From: Candidatus Cryosericum sp.
Lineage (GTDB): Bacteria; Caldisericota; Caldisericia; Cryosericales; Cryosericaceae
Assembly: GCA_049699855.1 (NCBI GenBank)
Contig: JBNAWM010000023.1
Span: 1 to 16,845 of the forward strand
Direction of reading: 5' to 3'
Length of the DNA stretch: 16,845 nucleotides
Shown here: positions 7,319 to 14,897 of the stretch, in pieces
Layout of the letters: each line of letters opens with the position of its first letter
Position numbering within the stretch: the stretch's first letter is position 1
Notes under the pieces: generated by a model
The model's input: only the letters and a program-made list of their open reading frames with translations
Databases searched by the model: none
What the model was told of the DNA's origin: nothing
Position numbers and translations under genes: made by a program

Positions 7319-8547
7319 CAGTGGTCCTCCGGCAGGCTGATGAGCTGAACATTGACAGTCTGCCCTGCTTCAACGACGGGTCTGTCTTCGGGGACGACAG
7401 CTATACCCATGGCAAGCGCCATGGATGTCAGAATGCCGGATCCCTGGGGACCGGTGAGGCGGGCATGCAGTGTTTGATCATGTTCCTCCAGGAGCACCCG
7501 GACGAAGTGCGCCCGCCCTGCATCCGATCCCTTGGCGTAGCGTTCGTCAAAGACCGCTGAGCGCACGGGGCGGTACAGCAGTGTGTGGCCCATCATCTTG
7601 CGGACCATGGGGCGTACATATTCCTCGACCCCCACCATGCAGGATACGGGGTTGCCGGGCAGACCGACGATCCGTTTGGAGCCCATTGTCCAGAATGCCA
7701 TCGGTTTGCCGGGCTTCTGATTGACTCGCCAGAAGACCAGTTTCGCCCCCATCTGCTCAAGGACTTCTTTGACAAAGTCGTAGTCGCCGGCTGACACGCC
7801 GCCATTGGTCAGCACGATGTCTGCCTGTGCCAGTGCCAGCTCGAGAGCGGTGCGCACGGCTTCGGGCGTGTCCGGCACGCGGGCAAAGACCAGCGGTTCG
7901 GCGCCGATGGAGGCGACCTGAGCGCGCAGAGAATGGGCGTTGGCGTCGCGGATCTGTCCTGGCCCGGGCACCTGGCTCGCGTCGACGAGTTCACTGCCCG
8001 TGGTCAGGATGGCCGCTCGTATGCGCGGGTAGACGGTGACCTCCATCTGACCCGCCGCGGCACAGACGCCAATTTCGGCAGGATTCAGCAGTGTGCCGGC
8101 CGCAAGCACGGTTGTGCCATCCTTCATGTCTTCTCCCGCCCTCCGCACGTTGGCGCCCTTCTTGAGTGCCAGCAGGACCAGAACATCGTCGCCCTGGGTA
8201 GTGGTCACCTCGAAGTGGACAACGGTGTCAGCGCCGTCCGGAAGGGGGGCGCCGGTCATGATACGAATGGCGGTGCCGGGACGGACGGATTGCGTTGCGA
8301 CGCTGCCTGCGGAGACATTCTCCAAAACGTGCAAGCGAACGGGCCTGGCCTCGGATGCCTCGCTGATGTCTCCTGCCAGAACGGCAAAACCATCCATCGC
8401 AGAATTGGCAAACGGCGGCACGTTGCCGCGCGCAATGACATCCTGAGCGAGCACCAGCCCCGCCGCTGCGTCCAGTGGCATGGTGACGGGCGGTAGCAGT
8501 GAAGCGTGTTGCAGCATCGTATCAAGTGCTTCTTGTATGTTTAGCAT
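7318..8547 (-). CDS. moeA: Molybdopterin molybdo/tungsto-transferase MoeA (gephyrin-like)
   Basis: Motifs PPFANSAMDGFA, IMTGAPLPDGAD, TGSEL, GQIRDAN, GGVSAGDYD, KPGKP and LPGNPVS. SD GGGAGGAG precedes the ATG at 8547. Confidence 0.95.
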   Translation of the reverse strand: MLNIQEALDTMLQHASLLPPVTMPLDAAAGLVLAQDVIARGNVPPFANSAMDGFAVLAGDISEASEARPVRLHVLENVSAGSVATQSVRPGTAIRIMTGAPLPDGADTVVHFEVTTTQGDDVLVLLALKKGANVRRAGEDMKDGTTVLAAGTLLNPAEIGVCAAAGQMEVTVYPRIRAAILTTGSELVDASQVPGPGQIRDANAHSLRAQVASIGAEPLVFARVPDTPEAVRTALELALAQADIVLTNGGVSAGDYDFVKEVLEQMGAKLVFWRVNQKPGKPMAFWTMGSKRIVGLPGNPVSCMVGVEEYVRPMVRKMMGHTLLYRPVRSAVFDERYAKGSDAGRAHFVRVLLEEHDQTLHARLTGPQGSGILTSMALAMGIAVVPEDRPVVEAGQTVNVQLISLPEDH

Positions 8548-8591
8548 GATTTCTCCTCCCACAGATGTGTGTCAACTGCGTTTTTTTCATG

Positions 8592-9377
8592 TTACACAAG
8601 CAGCTCACCTGCAATGAAGCGGCGAGTCTGGTCATCACGCGGGTCTGAGAAGAACGCTTGGCGTGATGCCTGTTCAATAATGCGCCCTTGATGCAGGAAG
8701 GCCACCTGGTCAGCGATGCGGCGGGCCTCAAAAATATCCTGTGTGACAAGGATGATCGTCATGCCAAGACCATCACGCATGTGGAGTAGAAGGTCCTCCA
8801 GCAGTTTTGTTCCATACGGATCCAGGCTTGCAGACGGTTCATCCAGCAGAAGGAGACGCGGCTGCAGGGCAAGAGCGCGTGCCAGTGAGAGACGCGCCGC
8901 TTCGCCGCCGGAAAGGGATGAGGCATGCTGATGAGCGCGTTCAGCGATCCCGACCTCCTGCAGGGCAGCCATGGACGTTGCCTCTGCCTCGGCACGGGTT
9001 ACGCTGCGCAGCAGCAGCCCGTAGGTCACGTTGCTGAGGACCGAAGCATTGAAGACTGTCGGATGCTGGAAAGCCAGCATCATCTGGCGCCGCAGCTGCA
9101 GTGCATTCTGGTCCCGGGCAGGGTCTGTGGCCGTGGCGCCAAAAGTGAACGCTGGTGCGTCCGGGACGATGCCATCGTAGCAGAGGGTACCACCGTCAGC
9201 GGGTTCCAGCAATCCCAGGATACGCAGGAGGGTCGTTTTGCCGGCACCGTTGGTGCCAAGGATGACGGTGATGCTCCGGGGTGGAGCACCGAGGTCGATG
9301 CTCCGCAGTACCTCGCGTGTGCCGAAGCGCTTCGAGACACCTTTGACGGTGACCAGGTCAGTCGAGATGGCGGACAT
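8592..9377 (-). CDS. tupC: ABC transporter ATP-binding protein, tungstate uptake (TupC-like)
   Basis: Walker A GTNGAGKTT, Q-loop AFQHP, signature LSGGE, Walker B LLLLDEP. Follows tupB; GGAGG precedes the ATG at 9377. Confidence 0.85.
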   Translation of the reverse strand: MSAISTDLVTVKGVSKRFGTREVLRSIDLGAPPRSITVILGTNGAGKTTLLRILGLLEPADGGTLCYDGIVPDAPAFTFGATATDPARDQNALQLRRQMMLAFQHPTVFNASVLSNVTYGLLLRSVTRAEAEATSMAALQEVGIAERAHQHASSLSGGEAARLSLARALALQPRLLLLDEPSASLDPYGTKLLEDLLLHMRDGLGMTIILVTQDIFEARRIADQVAFLHQGRIIEQASRQAFFSDPRDDQTRRFIAGELLV

Positions 9378-10077
9378 TGCCGGCCTCCGATGTTCCCTCT
9401 CCAAGGCGGGACAGCAGTACGTTCACAAAGAACGACACGACTAACAGAATGATGCCCAGTGCAATGGCGCGATCAAAACTTCCTTCCCGGGTTTCAAGCA
9501 CGAGCGCTGTGGTGAGGGTCCGGGTTGAACCCTGGATGTTGCCGCCCACCAGCATGGCAGCGCCCACCTCGCTGATGGCGTTGCCGAATGCAGTAATGAC
9601 TGCGCCCAGAATGGCCAGGCGGGCTTCGCGCACCAGAGCGATCGATGCCTGCGGGCGCGTGGCGCCAAGCGTGAGCGCCAGGTCAACAATGCCTTTGTCG
9701 GCACTGCGCAGTCCAAGGACAGTGAGGCCAATGATGACTGGGAGTGCCAGGGTGATCTGAGCCAGCACCATGGCCGTTCGGGTATACAGCAGTCCCAGCG
9801 GTCCCAGGGGACCGCTGCGCGACAGCAGGAGGTAAACCAGGAGTCCCGCTACCACGGGCGGAAACCCCATCAGCGTGTAGATGACGTTCATAATGGCCTG
9901 CTTGCCTGGGAAATGCTTGAAGGCGAGCAGGATGCCAAGTGGAAATCCCGCAAGTGCCGACCACAGGAGAGCACTCATAGTGACAGCGAGGGACGTCGCC
10001 AGGGCCTGGTAGGTGTCAGGATCCAGCGAAACAATGAGTCGGATCGCCTGAACGAATCCCCGGCCGATATCACCCAT
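9358..10077 (-). CDS. tupB: Tungstate ABC transporter permease TupB
   Basis: TupB-type motifs LMGFPPVVAGLLVYLLLSRSGPLG and ISEVGAAMLVGGNIQGSTRTLTTA; several TM helices. Confidence 0.9.
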   Translation of the reverse strand: MGDIGRGFVQAIRLIVSLDPDTYQALATSLAVTMSALLWSALAGFPLGILLAFKHFPGKQAIMNVIYTLMGFPPVVAGLLVYLLLSRSGPLGPLGLLYTRTAMVLAQITLALPVIIGLTVLGLRSADKGIVDLALTLGATRPQASIALVREARLAILGAVITAFGNAISEVGAAMLVGGNIQGSTRTLTTALVLETREGSFDRAIALGIILLVVSFFVNVLLSRLGEGTSEAGNVRHLD

Positions 10078-10103
10078 GTGCGTCCCTCGCCGTGCTATTC
10101 ACG

Positions 10104-11915
10104 TTATTTCTGGATTTGGACTTTGTAGATGTACTTGATGCTGTTCACCAGGAATGCCCCCCTGGTTGTCATGAGTGCCATGAAGCCATCGTTGGTCGAG
10201 AGTGTTGCTCCATTCTTGAGGTAGACGATGGTGATCTTCGTGCCGGTGCGTGCGTTGTAGATGTCGTCATAGCTCAGCGTGACGTGGCTGCCATCCGTTG
10301 CCGTCGCAATGACGGTGAGACGCTTTGCGGATGCTAGATCGGGAGAGATTACCTTCAGGATATCGATGAGCTGGACGCCGCCATAAGGGACAGGAGCCAG
10401 CGACTGGTTATTCTGAGGGTAGACGTTGATCGTCGTCACGGGGAACTTTCGCACGTCGTTCAAGCGGTAGGTGACCTGCCTGCCCGTCGGAAGTATGATA
10501 TCAAGACTGCGCGTGGCCTTCCACTCGGTGGAGTCTGGAAAGAACAGGCTCTGGCCGTACTGCTCGACGCCAAAGCTCTTGATCAGCTCCTGACCGGGCA
10601 GTCCCGTCATGAAGTCGGCGAAACGGACCGCGAGGTCGACCTTGACCGAGGGGTACTTGGCGGGGTTGACGGGCATGAGGCCATAGCGATTAAGCAGTCC
10701 CTGGGATCCCTGAACAAGGATCGGCAGATGGATCTTCCCACTGTTTTCGTAGGAGAGATACGTGGCGCGGTCCGTCAGCGTATACGCCTGTTTCTGGTCG
10801 GCCATCATGAGGACTTCACCCATGCCTTGCCCTGCACTCACATACCAGGAGTTGCCTGCAGGTTTGATGCCGGCGGATTTCCAGATGTCATTCTCTTTCG
10901 TATTTGTCCCTGAGTTGTCGCCACGGCTGATGAAGGTCGAGCCGGAGGCTGCGAGCTTCGTGAAGGCGGCGGTCGCATCCGTCATACCCTTGATTCCCGC
11001 AGGGTCACTGGCTGGTCCTATGATAATGAAGTCGTTGTACATGACGTCATCGCGGAAGAGGCCAAAGCCATCGGCCATGAACTGGTCTTCCTGGGCACGT
11101 GCATGAACGAGCAGGACATCTGCATCCCCCTTGCGTCCGGTCGCGATTGCCTGGCCGGTACCAACAGAGATGATCTTGACGTTGACGTGGTTGGACTTCT
11201 CGAATATGGGGATCAGGAAGTTCAAAAGTCCCGAATCATAGGTGGAGGTCGTCGTCGCAAGAATCATTGACTGCGTCGCGGGTGCCTTGTAGTTGAGCAT
11301 GGCAGGGAAGTAGGCTGCAGTCTGGGCGCGGGTGATAGCCGAGCCTGGTTTGGTCACATCCTGGACCATACCTTCCTGCACGCACGCGGCTGCAGCTGTC
11401 CGAGCCCACTCTGAAAGGCCATCTGCGCCGGCAACCTTGTCCAGGATGACGTGGGTCGCCATGCCACGGATCTCAAACCCCATGCGCTGTGCGACGACAG
11501 CCATCGACTCTTCTCGGGTGATGCTTGCCGTGGGGTGGAACGTTCCGTCCGGGTACCCGGAGATCCAGCCCTTGGCGACGGCGGCATAGACGAGAGGAGC
11601 AGCCCAGTTGACTATTGGCAGGTCCTTGAACGTTTTGGCAGGCGACTGCACAGGGTCGAGCCCGGCAGAGCGTGCAAGAGCGACGACGAACTCGGCGCGG
11701 GTGATGGGAGCGTTGGGGCGGAAGGTTCCATCCGGATATCCCTTCATGAACCCTTTGGCAACGACTCCCTCGATGATTGCCTGATCAGAACGCCCAGTGA
11801 TATCGGACAGTGATGTGGCACGGGCCGGGAGGGCGGATGCCATGGGCAGAAATGCAAGAATGAGTGCGACCGCAAGGATGCGGCGGACCAACAGACGTGA
11901 CAGACTTTCTTTCAC
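10104..11915 (-). CDS. tupA: Tungstate-binding protein TupA fused to N-terminal SLH domains and an extra C-terminal domain
   Basis: GTG start at 11915 after AAAGGAG; signal peptide ending A-R-A. SLH repeats (KGYPDGTFRPNAPITRAEF; SGYPDGTFHPTASITREE; degenerate third). TupA motifs LATTTSTYDSGLL, GTGQA, DVLLVHA, YNDFIIIGP, SRGDNSGT, GQGMG and YTLTDRATY. Confidence 0.9.
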   Translation of the reverse strand: MKESLSRLLVRRILAVALILAFLPMASALPARATSLSDITGRSDQAIIEGVVAKGFMKGYPDGTFRPNAPITRAEFVVALARSAGLDPVQSPAKTFKDLPIVNWAAPLVYAAVAKGWISGYPDGTFHPTASITREESMAVVAQRMGFEIRGMATHVILDKVAGADGLSEWARTAAAACVQEGMVQDVTKPGSAITRAQTAAYFPAMLNYKAPATQSMILATTTSTYDSGLLNFLIPIFEKSNHVNVKIISVGTGQAIATGRKGDADVLLVHARAQEDQFMADGFGLFRDDVMYNDFIIIGPASDPAGIKGMTDATAAFTKLAASGSTFISRGDNSGTNTKENDIWKSAGIKPAGNSWYVSAGQGMGEVLMMADQKQAYTLTDRATYLSYENSGKIHLPILVQGSQGLLNRYGLMPVNPAKYPSVKVDLAVRFADFMTGLPGQELIKSFGVEQYGQSLFFPDSTEWKATRSLDIILPTGRQVTYRLNDVRKFPVTTINVYPQNNQSLAPVPYGGVQLIDILKVISPDLASAKRLTVIATATDGSHVTLSYDDIYNARTGTKITIVYLKNGATLSTNDGFMALMTTRGAFLVNSIKYIYKVQIQK

Positions 11916-11918
11916 TGC

Positions 11919-12012
11919 TTCTCCTTTCCACAATGGGAGGCGCGGCCGTTTCCCGCCGTACCCTGCCGGCTGCACGCCATGGCTTGCGCCGAAGGACGGA
12001 CAGCTCGAAGAA
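11919..12012 (-). ncRNA. Moco RNA motif riboswitch, P3-less (tungsten cofactor-type) variant
   Basis: The minus strand reads UUCUUCGAGCUG...CAGCCGGCAGGGUACGGCGG-GAAA-CGGCCGCGCCUCCCAUUGUGGAAAGGAGAA. It has the conserved CAGGG, the GNRA-capped P4 and the GCCUCCC...GGAAAGGAG 3' end. P1 (UUCUUC/GGAGAA) covers the tupA SD. Confidence 0.88.
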
Positions 12013-12038
12013 TCTTGCCTGCACCAGCAGACAGGAGT

Positions 12039-12066
12039 AGTATAAACACAGCTCTCTCCAAGGCAA
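12039..12066 (-). promoter_or_regulatory. Putative sigma70 promoter of the tup/moa operon
   Basis: Minus strand TTGCCT, 16-nt spacer, TATACT, with a predicted start about 20 nt upstream of the riboswitch. Confidence 0.6.
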
Positions 12067-12197
12067 GAATTTCTGCACCGATTGGATATGTCCTCGCTTA
12101 GAAGAGTAGCTTTCGTTCTGGATTTTTTCCTGTATTATGGTATCAGAATCTTGGCGAATGTTGCCGGATCGACCTTATTTGAAAGGAGGATTTACTG

Positions 12198-14660
12198 ATG
12201 GCAGAACAGGTGGAGCCATTATCTCTTTCGTCCAAGGATGCTCAGCAAATGACTATCGACGAGGTCTTTGCCAAGCTCAATTCCACTGCTGCAGGACTCA
12301 GTGCCTCAGAAGCAAAGGAGAGATTGGAGCGGTACGGGGCCAACGAAATCACTGAGAGGAAGGTCAGTCCGATCGTGAAGTTCCTGGGATATTTCTGGGG
12401 TCCAATTCCCTTTATGATTGAAGCTGCTTCCATCCTCTCTCTTTTGAATCACAAGCTTCCGGACTTTTTCGTCATCCTGACACTGCTTCTTGTGAATTCG
12501 ATTGTGGGATTCTGGCAAGAGAACAAGGCTGGCAATGCCATTGAAATGCTGAAACAAAAGTTGGCCATCGTTTCAAGGGTACTGCGTGATGGCCAGTGGC
12601 AGCAGATCGCTGCAAAGGAACTGGTTCCAGGCGATGTCATCCGTGTCCGCATGGGCGACATTGTACCCGCTGACATCAAGCTCATCGAGGGCGACTATTT
12701 GACGGCAGATGAGTCCATGCTTACCGGAGAGTCGCTTCCAGCCGAGAAACACGTCAATGATGTATGCTATTCGGGCTCCGCTGCGAAGCAAGGCGAGATG
12801 AACGGAGTTGTCATAGCTACAGCAATGAACACATATTTTGGAAAAACAGCAAAACTTGTTGAAGAGGCAAGGACAGTCAGTCACTTTCAAAAAGCGATCC
12901 TCAAGATTGGCGATTTCCTGATCGCGGCTGCGATCGGGCTTGGAGTATTAATTCTCCTTGTTTCCATGTTCAGACATGAGCAGCTGACGAACACCATCAA
13001 TTTCCTGCTGGTCCTGACGGTCGCATCCATTCCGGTGGCCTTGCCCGCGGTCCTTTCGGTAACGATGGCGGTGGGTGCAATTGAACTGGCAAAAAAGGAA
13101 GCGATTGTCAGCAAACTTGTTGCAATAGAAGAAATGGCCAGTATGAACGTGCTCTGCTCCGATAAGACAGGGACGATCACTGAGAACAAACTGACGCTTG
13201 CAGAGATTGAACCTTTTGGTGATTTCACGGAGGAAGATGTCTTGTTGTATGGCGCTCTTGCGTCGAGATCCGAGGACAAGGATCCGATTGACGACGCAAT
13301 TCTGGATAAAGCCCACCAAACGCAACGAATCACCGATATTCTAAAGGCGCTTTCTATCACAAAATTCGATCCTTTCGATCCAGTTTCCAAGCGCACGAAA
13401 GCAACAGTGCAGGATGGAGCGGGCAAGACTTTTGAGGTGGCAAAAGGGGCTCCGCAGGTGATTTTGTCGCTGATTAAGAGCGGAGAACAGCTGGAAGCAA
13501 AAGTCAATGACACAGTTGACAGCTTCGCTCAGAAAGGGTATAGGGCACTTGGAATTGCCAAGACTCTCGACGATGGGACATGGGCCTTTCTGGGCATTAT
13601 TCCGCTCTACGATCCTGCCCGCGAGGACTCTGCTTCGACGATCGAAACTGCCAAGGCAATGGGAGTCGATGTTAAGATGGTGACCGGGGACCATGTTGCC
13701 ATTGCCAAAGAGATCGCCAGAAAAGTCGGCCTTGGTACCAATATTGTCGCTGCTGGTGATTTTCTGGACAAGTCAGACAGCAACGCGACAAGCATTGTGG
13801 AAAGCGCAGACGGGTTTGCACAGGTATTCCCTGAACAGAAATATCACATTGTGGAACTACTGCAGGCCAAGGGATACTTCGTAGGAATGACGGGAGATGG
13901 GGTAAATGATGCTCCCGCTCTGAAGAAAGCAAACGTGGGAATAGCCGTTGCTGGGGCCACCGATGCCGCAAAATCCGCTGCAGCCATTGTTCTGACACGC
14001 CCGGGGCTATCGGTGATTATAGACGCAATAATACAGGCGCGGATGATCTTCCAGAGGATGACGAACTATTCCATATACAGAATCGCTGAGACCATCCGGG
14101 TCCTGCTCTTTATCACAACTTCTATTATCGTGTTCGATTTCTATCCGATCACGGCGCTGATGATTGTGCTTCTTGCACTTCTCAACGATGCACCGATCAT
14201 GACGATTGCATTTGATAACGTCAAATACTCAGACCAGCCCGAACAGTGGAACATGAATAAGCTCCTTTCTGTTTCGGCAATGCTTGGCATCGTCGGGGTC
14301 TTTTCATCTTTCGGGGTACTCTACATCGGAAGAGAAGTCTTTCACATGAACACTAACATACTGCAGGCGTTCATATACCTGAAATTGTCGGTTGCCGGTC
14401 ACCTGACGGTTTTCGTGGCGAGAACCAAAGGCCATTTCTGGTCAATAAAACCTGCAAAATCGCTCTTTCTGGCGGTTATCATTACGCAGACTATTGCTAC
14501 CCTTATTGCAGTGTACGGGGTGCTCTTCCCTCAACCGCTGGGTTGGAAATTCGCTGGATTTGTCTGGGCGTATGCCCTTGTCATGTTTGTGGTGACTGAC
14601 TTCCTGAAGGTGTGGTTTTATAAGCTAATTGACACATCCGACATCCATTTCAGGAGATGA
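12198..14660 (+). CDS. Plasma-membrane proton-efflux P-type ATPase (type IIIA)
   Basis: Motifs FWGPIP, LTGES, IPVALPAVLSVTMAVGA, CSDKTGT, KGAPQVI, MVTGD, TGDGVNDAPALKKA, YRIAETIR and LLNDAPIMTIAFD. SD AAAGGAGG. Confidence 0.95.
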   Translation: MAEQVEPLSLSSKDAQQMTIDEVFAKLNSTAAGLSASEAKERLERYGANEITERKVSPIVKFLGYFWGPIPFMIEAASILSLLNHKLPDFFVILTLLLVNSIVGFWQENKAGNAIEMLKQKLAIVSRVLRDGQWQQIAAKELVPGDVIRVRMGDIVPADIKLIEGDYLTADESMLTGESLPAEKHVNDVCYSGSAAKQGEMNGVVIATAMNTYFGKTAKLVEEARTVSHFQKAILKIGDFLIAAAIGLGVLILLVSMFRHEQLTNTINFLLVLTVASIPVALPAVLSVTMAVGAIELAKKEAIVSKLVAIEEMASMNVLCSDKTGTITENKLTLAEIEPFGDFTEEDVLLYGALASRSEDKDPIDDAILDKAHQTQRITDILKALSITKFDPFDPVSKRTKATVQDGAGKTFEVAKGAPQVILSLIKSGEQLEAKVNDTVDSFAQKGYRALGIAKTLDDGTWAFLGIIPLYDPAREDSASTIETAKAMGVDVKMVTGDHVAIAKEIARKVGLGTNIVAAGDFLDKSDSNATSIVESADGFAQVFPEQKYHIVELLQAKGYFVGMTGDGVNDAPALKKANVGIAVAGATDAAKSAAAIVLTRPGLSVIIDAIIQARMIFQRMTNYSIYRIAETIRVLLFITTSIIVFDFYPITALMIVLLALLNDAPIMTIAFDNVKYSDQPEQWNMNKLLSVSAMLGIVGVFSSFGVLYIGREVFHMNTNILQAFIYLKLSVAGHLTVFVARTKGHFWSIKPAKSLFLAVIITQTIATLIAVYGVLFPQPLGWKFAGFVWAYALVMFVVTDFLKVWFYKLIDTSDIHFRR

Positions 14661-14727
14661 GTGAGTAAGCGCAGACGGCTGAGTTAATGGTGGCACGACG
14701 GCGTTGCGATAGAGGGCGCTAAACCGG

Positions 14728-14770
14728 ACGCGCATTAAGTGCGGCAAAAATTACTTGGTGCGCGTTTTTT
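14728..14770 (+). terminator. Intrinsic terminator of the ATPase gene
   Basis: Stem ACGCGCATTAAGT / ACTTGGTGCGCGT (13 bp, two G-U) followed by a T run. Confidence 0.75.
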
Positions 14771-14810
14771 CATACTAACTTTCTACCTAAAGGGCACCTA
14801 CTCGCTTTCA

Positions 14811-14839
14811 TTGACCTTGGAGGCATTTGGCGGTATACC
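14811..14839 (+). promoter_or_regulatory. Putative sigma70 promoter of the protease gene
   Basis: TTGACC (14811-14816), 17-nt spacer, TATACC (14834-14839). Confidence 0.5.
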
Positions 14840-14897
14840 CAATGCATCTGCTTCTGTATGGGTTCAAGATGCCCTGCAGGTGCTGCAGGAGGAAACG

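Noticed and set aside
4947..9452. Long plus-strand ORFs (4947-5555, 5848-6594, 6455-7348, 7933-8496, 8925-9452)
   Set aside because: They are antisense shadows of the GC-rich mog/moaC/moaA/moeA/tupC genes and carry no recognisable motifs.
12887..13513. 208-aa minus-strand ORF
   Set aside because: It is antisense to the P-type ATPase, with Ser/Ile-rich shadow composition.
14689..14750. GGCGCTAAACC..GGACGC..GGCAAAA loosely resembling a c-di-GMP-I riboswitch
   Set aside because: There is no GNRA-capped P2 or tetraloop receptor, and the latter half is better explained as the ATPase terminator.
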